DNA of 64,000 nt from Lama guanicoe (taxonomy: Eukaryota), in contig MU054026.1 of NCBI GenBank assembly GCA_013239625.1, forward strand, positions 620,001-684,000, in the 5' to 3' direction. A program made the position numbers and the translations under genes. Of this stretch, positions 48,820 through 62,470 are shown one piece after another. How positions within the stretch are numbered: position 1 is the stretch's first letter; every line of letters begins with the position of its first letter. Under the pieces are notes generated by a model, which saw only the letters and a program-made list of their open reading frames with translations, had not been told where the DNA came from and did not search any database.

Positions 48820-49060
48820 TAGGGAGAGAATGTCTTTGGAGTCAAAGATAATTTCAAATCTAGGCATTGTACGCATTGGCTGTGTGCCCTTCGGTAATGT
48901 GTCTAACCTCTCTGAACCGTACTTGTCTTGTCAAGTAATTGGAAATGTACAATAATCTATTTCCTGGGGAAGGAGCACTTAGACAATACATGAAACAGAA
49001 TATGCAATATACACTCTAGCATCTGGTGCCTTGTATGGGCTCAGTGAATAGCTGCCATTT
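48820..49060 (+). mobile_element. MIR SINE
   Basis: ctttggagtcaaag...ggctgtgtgcccttcggtaatgtgtctaacctctctgaacc. Confidence 0.75.
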
Positions 49061-49369
49061 TAGAGCAATTACATAATTCTCCTCTTTTCTTCCTGCATCA
49101 GAAATTTTTCCTCCTCTACACTGCCATTTAAACTAACACATAAAATGACATCTTTCTTCCATCTAGAAATGGCTCTCACTTAAATTCCATTTTCCCCTTA
49201 AGACAGCATCCATTTCTCAACCTCTCTTCCCATTCATGGTAACATTTTCCAAAGAGTAACTCAGACTTTCTGTCTTCAGTTGTTCTTCTCTCTCAATTTT
49301 TCCCTTATTGGGGTACAACTTATATATAATAAAATTTACCCATTTGGCATGCACAACTCGATTTGAGCG

Positions 49370-49570
49370 AGTGACTGTTCATGGAATGATGCTTTTGAAC
49401 GAGATGCTCATGGGATCAGGCTGAGGCTGAGATGCGCTTGACTCCTTCCTCTTCCTTATCCTGACTTTCCCACTCCTTTGCTGCTTTCACCCAGGGACAT
49501 TTACTTAATAAATCACCTCCACTTAAACCCTTGGCTCTGTGTTGGCTTCTGGAAGAAGCTGACCTCGACA
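49370..49570 (+). mobile_element. LTR16-like ERVL LTR 3' part
   Basis: cttaataaatcacctccacttaaacccttggctctgtgttggcttctggaagaagctgacctcgaca. Confidence 0.6.
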
Positions 49571-50817
49571 GATGGCCGAATGTCAGAACCTGTCACAGCC
49601 ACAGGCAGGATTTATTTTCTGGGTGTGGAAGGAGCAGACAATCATTACAGCAGGCCTGTAAGCAAAGTGAGAGTCCGAATCAATGTAGCATCCTAAAAAT
49701 TTTTAGGGAGAGATGAGAAGGCCAATGTCTGCAGTGTGTAGTATGAACAGTTCTTCTGAGCAGTGATTGAAATGAGCTGTGTGCGTTTTCCAGGTCCACC
49801 TTCTTTCCTTAGACCAGTCATTTTTGTCTCCAGGGCCAAGCTCTGTTATTTGCACATCTAGGTCACTGATGTAAGGTGCTCAGTCCCCAGGCCCAACTTG
49901 TGTTTGTATTTGGATCTTCTCCAATGGCCATAAGATAGCAATATTTGGAGACGGTGTTGGAGTTCTTTGACATTCTTCCCTCCCCCAAAGCCTGTACTCC
50001 CTCACCTTGACTTTGAGAGTTAATTACGTACTTTCAGATGCCTTAAGAGTAATCTGTGAGATCTTTAGTATATGAGACAGTGTGTGAAATGGAAGAGGAA
50101 AGGAACTTCTGGGAGAAACACAGCTATGAGGGAGGTGGGGAAAACGTATATGCCCACATCACAGGTTGGATCCCGGCCATCTCCATTTCTCATGAGCACG
50201 TCCTAATTACAACTCAGCAGAGGTCAGGCAGAGCTAACGTAGGTTCTATTTATCATGCTGGTAAAGCTTATGCCTTTAAAACATTCCCAATGAAATCCGA
50301 TGGGCAGGTATTTAAGGAATAAAATGTATTTTTATACAACACTTGTTCGTGGGGAAGAAGTAATGCTATTATGATTTTTACCATTTTACTGTCTGTTGCG
50401 TTGTCTTCAAAAGTGTATTAACCAGTTGGCCCTGTAGGGATTTATGCTTTTGATTCTCTGCACTCTTCTGTTTGCATTTGATAATTATTCATAACATCCG
50501 TATTATTAGTCTACCTGTAGGAACATATCATCTTATGTTCATAAATTACTGACCTTTAAAGGCAGAGTCTCCTCTACTGAATCCCTCTCTTGCCAGTTAA
50601 TAGTCATTTGTAAGGATTTACTAGCAGTATTTTCAAATTAATGAGCAATCCTTGCTATCTTAATTTAACCCCCCCCCACCTTTTGGTAAACCCTCTCATT
50701 TGTATGAATTATTTGGACATTTAATGGGGAAAAATGAGTAAGATATTGCTCAGTGATGTTGAAACTGTCATCCTACTTTCCAGGCCATTCTGTTTACAGT
50801 TCAAAAATGACTACATC

Positions 50818-51354
50818 ACCAAGACATGGAAACAACCTAAATGTCCATTGACAGGGGACTGGATAAAGAAGTTGTGGTATATTTATACAACAGAATACTG
50901 CTCAGCCATAAAAAGGATAAAATAATGCCATTTGTAGCAACATGGATGGACTTGGAAATCATCATTCTAAGTGAAGTAAGCCAGAAAGAAGAAGATAAAT
51001 ATCATATGATATTACTTATATGTGGAAACTAAAAAAAAAAAAAGACAAATGAACATATTTACAAAACAGAAACAGACTCACAGACATAGGAAACAAACTT
51101 ATGGTTACCAGGGGGGAAGGGGGTAGGAAGGGATAAACTGGGAGTTTGTGATGTGCAGATACTGACTAATATATATAAAATAATTAACATATTTCTACTG
51201 TAAAGCACAGAGAACTATATTCAATATCTTGTAGTAGCTTATGGTGAAAAAAATATGAAAATGAATATATATATATGTTCATGAATGACTGAAGCATTGT
51301 GCTGTATACCTGAAGTTGACACAACATTGTAAACTGACTGTAACTCAATTTAAA
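50818..51354 (+). mobile_element. 5'-truncated L1 (ORF2 end plus 3'UTR)
   Basis: KTWKQPKCP..IMPFVATWMDLEIIILSEVSQ; TSD aaaaat(ga/ag)ctacatc at 50803-50817 and 51355-51369. Confidence 0.93.
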
Positions 51355-52984
51355 AAAAATAGCTACATCGATGTATGGGTGGGGGTATGCCAGTGACATG
51401 GCATGAGGACAAAAGGGGCAGGCTGATAAATGACACATCAGTGCTGGATTAAATCACAGACACTGATTTTAATAAAGAAAATCAACCCGACAGCCGCCAA
51501 GTATTTGGACAGCATCTTTCCTAATGTTTTCCCTGCTGTACCTTCAGATTCCTGAGCGGTAACCATGCCAGCTCTGCAGGCTGCCAGGAGACAGGACAGC
51601 CCCTCACCTCTGTGGTCAGGCCTGAGATGTCTCCTTGACAGACCAGGGCTCAGCAGTGTTGAGCAAAGGGTTCTCTGAGCTCCAGACCCCTTTCCTGGGT
51701 CACACATCTTTCTGGGAGTCTCTGGCGAGTGTTGTAAAAGGGGGGAAATCTCTGACAAGGTCAAGGCCAAGGGGAGCAAAGGCATGCAGCTTGTCACTGC
51801 TGTTGTACAAATGAAGAGCCCCGGAACGCCGGTGCTCTCATCAGTGGTGCAGAGCATCAGAAATCTCCCAGCTGCTTCCTCACGAGCCTTGACGCTGCCC
51901 TGGTCAGACGACAGGGGCTGTTTGTTTCCTTGTGCTGGTTACCTGCCGAAGGCTGGATGGTGGCCACTTTCTCTTTTTATGTTGCTTTCATCCTTCCTTC
52001 TTCTTGGCCATCATTCCCCACGTTGCCGGGACTCTCTGAGTGGTGCTGGGGAAGGAACAGAGGTAGGACAGAGCAGAAAGAGGACTCCGTTTTTGATAAG
52101 CAGGGAAAAGGAGAGGAGAGGAGTCCGTATTTTTGGTACGTCCTCTGTGGTGTGCACACTGCCAACATGTTTATGTTAATTCATCTAGACATCATAACAG
52201 TCAGTCATTATTTATTCCAATATTATGAGCAAATAAAATGTGGTGAGTACTTTGTCCATGACTCTGCAACCCCAGGTCTTTTTGACTGTGAAGCCCTTTT
52301 TCACTCACGATTTCCTGCCCTCTCCTATGCTCATATTTCATCTAGTTTCAAGCAGAGGGATCCCTTGCCTGACACTCAGGCAGCCTTGTGGTGGGAAGCT
52401 TTGTGTTGTAGTGAACAGCAGATGGGACCAAGAATTAGAAGACTTGGGTTGGGATTTCTAGGGGCCCTGGATAAGATAAAGCAAGATAAAACTGAAAGCA
52501 GTGACAGTGTGTAAGATAATCAATAATTTAACACAAGGACCTAGTGCCTTGGATCAGTCAGTTACATCCTGGGTCTGTTGTCTGGGAGGTGAGGCTAGTT
52601 TTAATCATGAGCAACTGAGGTTCAGAGATGCTTTCATCTCGGCCCTTGGCCCTCAGCAGGACTGTTCAGAGAGAAAAAATGAATGCTGATTTTCTCATTC
52701 TCCTAAGGGCCCAAAGACTCCATGTCCTCTTTCTTCCTTTCTTTTCCCTTTAAAAAATTTAGTTTTAGCTCTTTAATTTCCATTGAAGTTTGACTTCTTC
52801 CAAAGATTATGCATTTGAACAAGGATTATTGAAAGGAAAGACCTTAGTCTTTAACAGCCAGCGGGGAAGATGCTCTTGGGAGTAGCAGGCCCTTCTTAGT
52901 TTCTGTGAATTGTACCAGGGGATTCAATACATGTGTAAGACTGAATCTTAATGGCCGCTTTTCTGATGTCATGCTGAGAACCAC

Positions 52985-53235
52985 TGTGAGCTGAGTAATG
53001 ACAGTAGTTATCACTTTTGTCTTATTTACCACATGCTAAGTATTGTTCTTATGTGACACGTGTTACCTCACTTAATTTTCAGATGTTCCCATGAAATGGG
53101 TACCAATATTCATGCCCATTTTTTAGAAAATGAAACTGAAGAATGGACAGGTTAAGTAACTTTCTTGAAGCAGTGGAGTTAATAAGGCACCAAATTTACC
53201 TAAATAACCCCAGTATATGGGTTCACAGTCTGCTC
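52985..53235 (-). mobile_element. MIR SINE
   Basis: cccattttttagaaaatgaaactgaag...ggttaagtaactt. Confidence 0.75.
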
Positions 53236-53458
53236 CTCTGTCTCAGAATAAACCAGGATAAATTGTCATATAGCAGTGTTTGGTTTTTTTAATTTTTATT
53301 ATCAATTTTTATATTTGTTATCTATTTTATTATAGAGACAGGAGTGTTGAGGAAATAGATAGTTAAAAGTGGGTAATTTCCCTTAAAAGGAACAGTAATA
53401 CAGCATTAAATTATCCCTTTGTTCAACATCCATTCCAAAGAATATTAACAATAAATAT

Positions 53459-53793
53459 ATGATCCACAGTCTCTTATCTTAGATGCAAAAATCCCCAAAA
53501 TTCCCAAACCCAAAAGTTTTCATAAATTTGTGGCAAAATGGTTTGGCAGCCAAACCTGACCTGAACTTGAATGTGACTATTTATAGTTTTTTATACCACT
53601 TAGTGTAAATATGCATGTATTTTGCTGCAGAAAATGAATATGTTTGATTGTGAGTTACTGCCTCAGAACAAACTTGGTATATTGTGTAGTATATAGTATA
53701 TACACAGCACTATTTTTTCTAAAATTAAAAAAAAACAACAGAATTTGAAACATAAGTGGCCCAAGCTATTCAGGAAAAGGTCACTGGATCTGT
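53459..53793. mobile_element. TcMar-Tigger-type MITE
   Basis: Terminal inverted repeats gatccacagt / actggatc with TA flanks; internal tttggcagccaaacctgacctgaac. Confidence 0.55.
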
Positions 53794-53875
53794 ATAAAAA
53801 AGCATAAATCATATTGACCAATAGAGCTCGTGGCTTACTGTGTGGTCCTGAGGATGTTGCGATGCAGTTTGTCCT

Positions 53876-54400
53876 TTTACTGGACTCAGGTTCAGCTGTT
53901 TACAGCTCAAAAGCCAACAGTCGAGAAGCAAGTACCAAAGGAGAGGAGAGATGCTTTAATCAGAAAAGCTGGCAATCTGGAGAGAAGGTAGACTCACGTC
54001 CCGTGACCAACCCCAAAGACTCCGTTCAGCCATGACAGCTTTGGGAGAAGCATCTCAGTGAGTCATCAAGGCAGGAAGTTGGATTCTGCTCTATTTTCTA
54101 TTGCATGTTGACTGGCTGACTCTCTCTTCAGATATTATCTTGTCCTCATCATCTGCCTGCAGGATCACTAAGGGGGAGGTTGGGGGTAGAGAGCTAGTCA
54201 TTCGTTAACTACATAATTCTTACTTCTTTTAATCTAGGGAAAGAACTAACAAGTTAGGCAAGGCAGGTGTGTATTCAGGAGAGCGTAAGTCAGGTGTCAG
54301 GTTAAATTGCCTAGTGATCTCAGTCCTATAATTAGGTTCTTTCAAGGTTAGAGGGGAACAGAAATGGGCAAACAGAAAGGGGGCCCAAGAGCTTCTTTCA
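53876..54400 (-). mobile_element. ERV1-class solo LTR
   Basis: Minus strand tgaaagaagc...attaaagcat...; TSD tcct on both sides. Confidence 0.7.
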
Positions 54401-54639
54401 TCCTTGCCTGCGATGGAGTGGCCTGGTCCGGAATCACTAAATAGCTCTGGTTAGAGAACAATGCTTACTGTCTACCAGACCCAAATTCCCGCCATATCAT
54501 AGCTCCCAGTAACCTTCATGGGGCTGCAGGTGGAGACGGCAGACTGAAAACAATGGAAGTGTCTATAGTAAAGTTCGGAAGATTCCCTGACAGTTTCCCT
54601 GTCTTTGGAGCACAAAGCTATTTGTAAATCATCTGTTCT

Positions 54640-54701
54640 GGAAATTTACTAGGGGTTGCTGTCCATCTCAGGAAATTTACTAGGGGTGGCTGTTCATCTC
54701 G
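54640..54701. repeat. 31-bp tandem duplication
   Basis: ggaaatttactaggggt(t/g)gctgt(c/t)catctc(a/g) present twice. Confidence 0.9.
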
Positions 54702-56055
54702 GGAATGCATAATTTAAGCGTTTTGATAATTGCTTTTTGAAAATTCCTCTTTGAAAATTGCTACATTTACCTCGACTGCCTGAGTTATTTACTCTTTCTT
54801 ACTTCCATCTATCTTTTTCTCTTTTTGTTTCTTACTCCCTACTTCCTACTCTTTCCCTTTTCCCACAATCCAGAAGGGTCTCAGGAGAGATGCACTTCCC
54901 TAAGGAAGTCAGATAAAACCTGGAACCCAGAGGTGAGGGAGGGTCTAATGCCAGGACAGACCAGGAGCAGGAGGCAGGAGACGAAGTAGTGCCTATGACG
55001 TAATGGGACAGAGCATCACTCTTGCCCCAGACTCCGTGTCATCCTCCTGTCTTTTGAGCTTGTACCCCTGTTCCCTTTCAGCAGAATGGAGACATAGACC
55101 TGGGATGGTAGAAACAGAGGCTGATCAGAGAGATGCTATGAGCACAGGACAATTTGGCAGCTGCACGTTTGAGGGAAATGGCTGACATGTAGTCACAGAG
55201 AAAGAAGGACACTGGTGTGAAGGCAGAAGGCTGAGCACCATGCTTCTCTGGAATCCTCCAGCCTGTCTGTTGTTCATGAGGGATGTATGTATTCAACCCC
55301 TCCTCCACTGCTCTTCTTTATGTCCCTACACATGCACCTTCCTAGACAGCCCCCACTATATGCTTAAAGTTTATTTATAGTTCCTGGTATATTTGCTGTT
55401 GGGGTTCAAATGACTCACTTCACGCACAGACAGGCAAGTAGATACGTGTATGTGAGCCTTGATTTTTTTATATCTGGCTTGTACAAAGCAGGGGCCACTG
55501 TTAGGTGACTGCTTCTGAATTATGAGCTAAGATACGTTTGTTCTGGGTAAGTTTGGGAAAAGTGAGAGGAAAAATTTTTTTTCATGAGTACACATGGGTG
55601 TAATGTCCTGCTGGCTTCATGCGTGGGTTTTCACTTTGATAAGTACAACTTCCACTCAGGGGTCATGGAAGAATGATGATGAGTAGCGAACTTGGGATAT
55701 AATATCCGAGTCCATGTTTTCTCAGATGAACGTGATAAGGAGACAGACAATGTCATAAAATTATAGGTATAGTTTGGCTTCCCTGGTCAGAGACAGTGAT
55801 TTGCAAACCTGGATTCGGGGCACTTAGCTAAACTAACAATACAAAAAAGTCTTCGATATTTGCCATTTTACAGTTCCATAGTGTTTAATACTATTTCTTC
55901 TTTAAGTTTTATTTCTAAAAATGGAAACAATAAGTTATCTGAGCTCTAAAAAATCTGTTTTGCTTATTCTAATATTCTGAAATAAAGATCTTGGACCCGA
56001 ACTGTCAGTCATCTGGCAAAATGAAAATAAATCTCTATCCACCATCTTCATCACC

Positions 56056-56185
56056 GTGGTGACCATATAACTTGATTTGTCTGGGGGCAGTCCTGACTGA
56101 TGTCTGTTGTGCTGGAGTAATTATGGATTCACCCCCTTTTCTCTCTGGGAGGCCTCAGTTTAATGATAATTTCCACGGGCATCCT
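56056..56185. mobile_element. MER94-like hAT MITE
   Basis: ggtgaccatataac...tgttgtgctggagtaatta...ttaatgataattt...gggcatcct. Confidence 0.6.
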
Positions 56186-57229
56186 ATTGGTAGCAGACTT
56201 TGCTCTTAGTCAGACTCTTTGTATCACTCACAAATATTCTCTAAATAAGGGCAAGCTGTGGATGCTCTTTTGGGTTCTATATCCGATTTGGTTCCCCTTC
56301 CGTTCGTGGCCTGACAGGTGATAAATAAGTCAAACAAATGGCCTCTCAGGAGCTGTTGTCAACTCTGCTCCTATCCGGCCCCAGTCTGAGGTATTTTTTC
56401 GTTCCTGTCCCCGTCACTCAGGCCTTGAAAGCTGATAGATTGCTGATTTCTTCCTTGAAACATGACGTGATGAATAAGACTGCACACTTTACTGCAAGGG
56501 CCAAGGGAGAGGCCTATAGAAAGGGACTGTCCCGTACAATGGGAAATTATTTAACAGAGTTGGCCTTTTGCATGGGGGAGAAGGAGGGGTGTTCCTATGG
56601 TGTGTTTTCAGAAGTTTAGGAAAATCATGTTCCTCAGAGTTCTGATGGATGGATAACCTTGAACATTTCTTGAACTAAGGATGAAACATTTACTTCCTCA
56701 ATGAGAGAACTGGCTAAAATTATAAACATTTCTCTGGGAGAGAATTCAGCGACATCCAGACTGAACCTGGGTGTCTAAAACACACAGAGCACTCACATAC
56801 AATTCCTCTTTGTGCCGAGCCATTAAAAGGACACGTCTGAAGTGCTGTCACAAATTCCGGGTGTTATAAAACCTATAGGTACTAAAAATGTCCTGCACCA
56901 ACTTGCCACTATTTACAAAATCATCTCTTTGTTAAGATGTGTTTGTTTCAGTTTTCTACTTTACCAGAAAGGTTTCTTCCCTCTCATTCACTAGCAGATC
57001 TCAGCATAGTTTTGAAGATCTTTCAGAGCTTTGGAGAAACAGTGGGAAGGAATAGGGAAAGGATGACTGAGAGAGGGTGGCCTCATTTATGCCTTAGTGG
57101 CAGATCTGGGGGGGTCTGGGAGCAACAGGAAACAGCACCCAATTGGGTATGTCAAATCTCCCACGATCAACTCAGAATATTTTGAGTCCATTCACTTTTC
57201 TATCTATTCTATTGCTTCTCTTGTAGTAA

Positions 57230-57410
57230 CAAATTCATTGAGCATTTTACATGGAATAGAGTTTAATTCTTATAAAAATCCTAGGAGGGAAATTCTATCC
57301 ATTTTATAGATTATGAAAGTGAAGGCTTGGGCGGGTTACATAACTTGCCCAAGCCCATACAGCTAGGATACAAGAGAGCCAGGATTCAAACCCACACTTA
57401 CACATTCCAA
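57230..57410 (-). mobile_element. MIR SINE
   Basis: tccattttatagattatgaaagtgaaggc...aacttgcccaagcccatacagctagg. Confidence 0.8.
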
Positions 57411-57449
57411 GCCCACACTCCTTTTTTTTTTTTTGACTTCTGTTATTAT

Positions 57450-58330
57450 TTGATATTTTTTCTATTAACTTTTTATTTTTACCTTGCTTCAGATTTAAAG
57501 AAAAGTTGTAAGGAAAAAAAAAATCCTTATCTTTTCACCCAGGTTTCCCAAATGCTAAAATTTTGACATATTTGCTTTACCATTTTTATTCTCTCTGTAT
57601 GTGCAGACATGATTTTTTTTACCTCCAAACTTCAGTGGGCTTTCTAAAAATAAGTAATGTGCTTACATAGCCATAGCACAATTAAAATCAGGACATTAAT
57701 TTTGTTAATATTGTCTAATGTGGAAATCTTACTCAGGTTTTACTTTTTGTCCCAGAAACGCCCTATGTGGTCGAATAAAATCCTGGATCATGTTTCACTT
57801 TCCGTTCTCATGTTTTCCTTTACTTTCTTTGAATTTGGACCAGTTCCACAGTCTTTCTTTCAATTCCATGACATTAACTTTTTCACAATAACACAGCCCA
57901 GTTATTTTGTAGAATGTCCTCCAAATTGGATTTGTCTGATGCGTTCTCAGAAGTAGATTTAGGTTATGCATTTTGGGCAGAAATACCGCAGACGTGACCT
58001 TGTGTTCTTAGTATGTTACACCAGGAGACACATGATACGGATCTGTCCCATTACTGCTGAAGTTAACTTTTACACACTTATCAAGATGATGTCTTCTAGG
58101 TGATTCCACTGTGAAGTTACTATTTTTGCCTTTATAATCAATGCTTATCGTGTCAGAAGATACATTAAGGTATAAAAATATCCTGGTACTCCTCAAATTA
58201 TTAGCATTCACTTAGGATTTTCACCAGATCTAATTATTACAATGATGACTACCAAATGTTCATTTTTTAATTCCAACATTCTTTCTATGTTTATCAGTTA
58301 ATCATTCTACCATAAAAAGTAACATTCTTT
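57450..58330 (-). mobile_element. L1MC4/5-like 3' end
   Basis: ttattttgtagaatgtcctccaaattggatttgtctgatg...tttaggttatgcattttgggcagaaatacc. Confidence 0.75.
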
Positions 58331-58429
58331 CTCTTTCTCTTTTTTTCTCTGTCTCTTTCTTTTTTTTAATTTTGCTATTAGACATTTATTTCTAGCTTTG
58401 CTTGACTTGGGTTAGATAGCCACTTTCTT

Positions 58430-58611
58430 TTTTTTTTTTAACTTTTTTATTGATTTATAATCATTTTACAATGTTGTGTCAAATTCCAGTGTTCAGCACA
58501 ATTTTTCAGTCATTCGTTGATATATACACACTAATTGTCACATTTTTTTTTCTGTGAGTTATCATATCATTTTGTGTATATTTCCCTGTGCTATACAGTG
58601 TAATCTTGTTT
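58430..58611 (-). mobile_element. Very short young L1 3' end
   Basis: Same diagnostic tail as the 5885 and 23289 copies (tcaaattccagtgttcagcacaatttttcagtcattc); flanking tttcttttt repeat. Confidence 0.9.
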
Positions 58612-58688
58612 CTTTTTCTCTTGCTTTTCCTCTTTCTTTTCTTTCCCTTCCTTTCTTCTGTCAGGGAGAAATGAATTTTTCTCTATCC

Positions 58689-59224
58689 TGTTACCGAGTC
58701 CAAACTTGTTCTGCTCGCCACACAACAGGCCAATATATCCGGAGATGAGGTGTTGGGGCAAGGAATAGTGACTTTAATTGGAAAGCCAGCAGACCCAGAA
58801 TACGGCAGACTAATGTCTTGGAAAACCATCCTACTCAAGTCAGAATTCAGGTTCCTTTTATACTAAAAGGGGAGGTGGTGTGATTGGTTGTTGCAAACTT
58901 CTTGATGTAGGAATTCTTTGTTCTTGGAATCCTTTGTTCTTGCAGCCATCCATGTGGCTCAGGCCATGGTGTCCCTGTAAACCAACAGCAAAACAAAAGT
59001 TAGAGAATATTTTGCAACTTGCCCTCTCTACTTAAGTGCAGAAGTGCTGACATACTTAAAGGTCAGAGCCCCGAGAATAGACTCTCCTGTTTATTTCAGG
59101 CCAAAGGCAACATTGTTTCCCAAAAAGTGGAGAGCTGGCAAGACTGAGCCTAGAAAACAGGGCACAAGGTTAAAGCCAAAGAAACAGATCCAATATAGAG
59201 TCAGATTTGTTCTTTTCTGTCACA
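58689..59224 (-). mobile_element. ERV1-class solo LTR, same family as 39649-40176
   Basis: Shares gaacaaatctgactc, aggctcagtcttgccagctct, ttttgggaaacaatgttgccttt and ttggactcggtaac with the 39649 copy. Confidence 0.88.
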
Positions 59225-59289
59225 CACTGTGATGACTATGTCACTGAAGCTCTCCTGTCCCTCTTCAGGACTCTGTGATGGCACACTGA

Positions 59290-59870
59290 TGAACACTGAT
59301 GACAGCACACTTGCATCCACCCTACTCCACTCCAATTTGTCTTCCACACTGTAGCAGGATATTTTTTTTTTCCCAAAATGCTGCCATGATCTTGTAAACT
59401 GTGTGCATGTAAGACCCCTTTATGCCATCCCTTTGCAGTGGAAACTTGAAAACTCCTTACCATGCCTCTGAAAACCTCTCCAGTCCCTTTTCACTCTGCT
59501 CTCTCCTTTGCTGTCCATCTTCTAGTCTCCCTCATCTTTCTTTGAGTTCCCTGAAAGTCCCCTGTTTCCCCATCCTGGGCTTTGCCTGTGCCCCCCTCTG
59601 TCTGAAATGCTCTTACTCCCAACCCTCCAATCAGTCTCTAGTTCTCAGATCTCAGCTCAGCTGTCAGTCAGTTCTTCTGACTTCACTCACTCACCAGGCC
59701 CTGTTTCTTTATCTCAGTCTGTAATTATGCACTACTAGTGTTTTACTTTGATTAAAGTCTCTTCTCTACTCTTTATTGTAAACTCCGTCCTACCATTACA
59801 TCCCTAAAAACCCCAGACAGGGTCTGTCAGATAGTTAAGATTTCCATATAAATACGGTAAATGAAATACA
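59290..59870 (+). mobile_element. L2 fragment
   Basis: tcttccacactgtagcaggata...gggctttgcctgtgccccc...ctcagatctcagctcagctgtca. Confidence 0.7.
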
Positions 59871-61084
59871 GACTACCACATAGAAGCATGGGTTGATTTA
59901 AGTATTTCTACATTGGAAATGCTCAAGTTTTTTCTCTTTTTATTAATTTTTATAATTGTCCAAAATAACCATATAGTTGTTATAATGAGTAGTTTCAGAA
60001 CTGTGCACAAAAATGTATTTTTAAATCAGTACATAGAGGGAAATCTAGTATTGTACATTTTCAGTAATAAAGCAACAAGACTTTGGCTTAAACAGGCTTT
60101 TGACTTGAAAGAGATTGATATTTTAAGGAACAGATCTTTGAGGAAACAATGAGCGGTTCTAAAATAGGGTTTATAATGGAAATAACTTCTCTTTTTTCAA
60201 CATAGTTGATGTTACTACTTTGGCTGTCATTGATAGCAGATTCTCAGAATTATTTTGAGAAGGGTCCTAATGTATTATTTTGAATCAATAACACCTTAAT
60301 TAATAGTATAGTATTCTAAGCAACATCAGTGTCCAAGATCATTGCGATCTCTCTAGATGAATACTTGATCCCATGATAAAGTGGTTATTAAGCTCTGTCC
60401 ATCCTCTAAGACTCATTTGGTCATTCAATCTGCTACCTTGCCCAGCATTATGCCAAAAGATTACTGTCAGTTCAGTTTTACTTTAAAATTGGTAAAAGGG
60501 GTGGGTAGGTGTTAGTTACATTTGTACTGCACTTAAAAAGACTTTTTAAAAAACATCTTATTTCAGCACTATCCCTTTCTAAGGCTTTTTAATTTTCTTC
60601 TAGACTAATTTTTAATAGACTGGCAATCCACAGATGAGAAATAAAAACCCATATAAGAGGTGATTAAAATATAATGGAACGTTATTCATTTTCACAAGTA
60701 TCCTGAATTCCCATGGCAAATTACCAAATTTTACAGTTTTACAGTGGGGAAATGGAGCTGAAGTGAGTAAAGAAAAATGTGCATTAGTGATGAAAGTTAT
60801 ACATATGCATATTACCCATAAGAAAGACAATTATGGCCACTTTACTCATTGGCCAGTGGGCATTTGCCCGATAACGCACTTAGGCTCTGTGAAACCCTGG
60901 CTCATTAGCCAAATGAGGATATTTCAAGGGGTAGGAGCGTGCGATTCATTTCTCGACATTATGACCAGGGTCTTAAAAAGAACTGCAATTAATTCTTCCT
61001 GGGACCTGGGCCTTCAAAGGAAGCCTTGAAGCAAAGATGGGGGTGAATGTGGATTTTACTCAGTTCCTGTGTTTAGAATTACTG

Positions 61085-61800
61085 TTACCTTCAGACAATT
61101 GAAAAGTATGTGGTGCACTTAGTAAAGTCCATAAAGTACACTAATATGATGAATAAAGCTCATTGCATTTTTATATACATACACCCAGGAATCTGTAACC
61201 AGAAGAAGATAATGAATACCTCAGAAGGCTCTTCCATTCTCCCTTCCACTTGGGAACCCTCTTCCCCAACTCCATTCCCATCCCATAACTCTACTCGGAC
61301 GCTTTTCTTATCATGGAATCATACATTATATATCTTTTGTGTCTAACTTCTTTCATTCAACATACTATCTATAAAAATTATTTACTGATATTGTTGAATG
61401 TATCAGTTAGGGTTTTTAAAAAAATTTTATATAATATTTCATTATATGGAAATATTACCATTGATCCATTTTTTTGTTGACTGACATTTGGATGATTTCC
61501 TAATTTTCGGTTATTTAAACTAAAGCTATGATGAACATTATTGTACTTGTTTTTTGGTGGCCAAATGCATTCTTTTCTTTTGGGTATATATCATGGAGTG
61601 GAATTTCTGAGACAAAGGGTAAATTGTTTAGTTTAATAGATACTAAGAGTTTGTAAAAATATACTTAGACCATTTTGCATCGATGGAGGCAATATGTCAG
61701 AGTTCTAGTTACTGCAATCTTTGACAATATTTGGTGTTGACAGTCATTTTAGTTTAGCCATTTTGGTGTATAGAGTTTTGTGGTGACTTTTGATTTCGAA
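61085..61800 (-). mobile_element. Old L1 (L1ME/MD-like) 3' region
   Basis: tgtgtctaacttctttcattcaacat...tgacatttggatgatttcc...ggagtggaatttctgag. Confidence 0.75.
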
Positions 61801-62121
61801 TTTTCACATGGTCTGTGACAATCTCATTTTCATCCTCAGATTTAGCATCTTATTTTGCTATCTTCATGTCTGGTCCTGGGTACCTTCTTTGATGTCACCT
61901 TTCAAATGTGCTCCATTGTATGTTTTTTTTGAAACTGCATTCTACCTCCAACACCTCGCTGGTTTTATTTGTATTACACTTTTTCTAGGCACTGAAAGCT
62001 TTTAGTTATTTGACTATACCCTAAAAATAAGGTAGGATAACTAAAATGTATAATAACCAAAAACATTATCAATGCTCACTTCTTTAGTTAAAAGATCATG
62101 TAATATACATAGAAAAAGTTA

Positions 62122-62470
62122 TAGTCATCCTTCAATATCCATGGGTGGTTGTTTCCAGGACCCCCACAGGTACCAAAATTCACACATGTTCAAGTCCCTT
62201 ACATAAAATGGCATAGTATTTGCATGTAACCTATGCATATCCTCCCATATACTTTAAATCATCTCTAGATAATTGATTTATAATAACTAATACAAAATAA
62301 TACTATGTAAATAGTTGTAAATATAATGCAAATGATATGTAAATAGTTTCTGGGGCATGGCAAGTTAAAGTTTTGCTTTTTGGAACTTTCTGGGATTTTA
62401 AAAAAGTATTTTCAATTCACTGTCGGCTGAATTGTGAGATGCAGAACCCGTGGTTATGGAGGCCCTGTGT
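62122..62470. mobile_element. MER2-like Tigger MITE
   Basis: agtcatccttcaatatccatgggtggttgtttccaggaccccc...caagtcccttacataaaatggcatagtatttgc...gcagaacccgtggttatggagg. Confidence 0.85.

Noticed and set aside
51930..52514. 194-aa ORF (also 10227-10757 and 37122-37358)
   Set aside because: No domain similarity, non-ATG starts, and composition typical of non-coding or L2-derived DNA.
54640..54701. Direct repeats as a CRISPR-like array
   Set aside because: Only two adjacent copies with no spacers, in a mammalian context.
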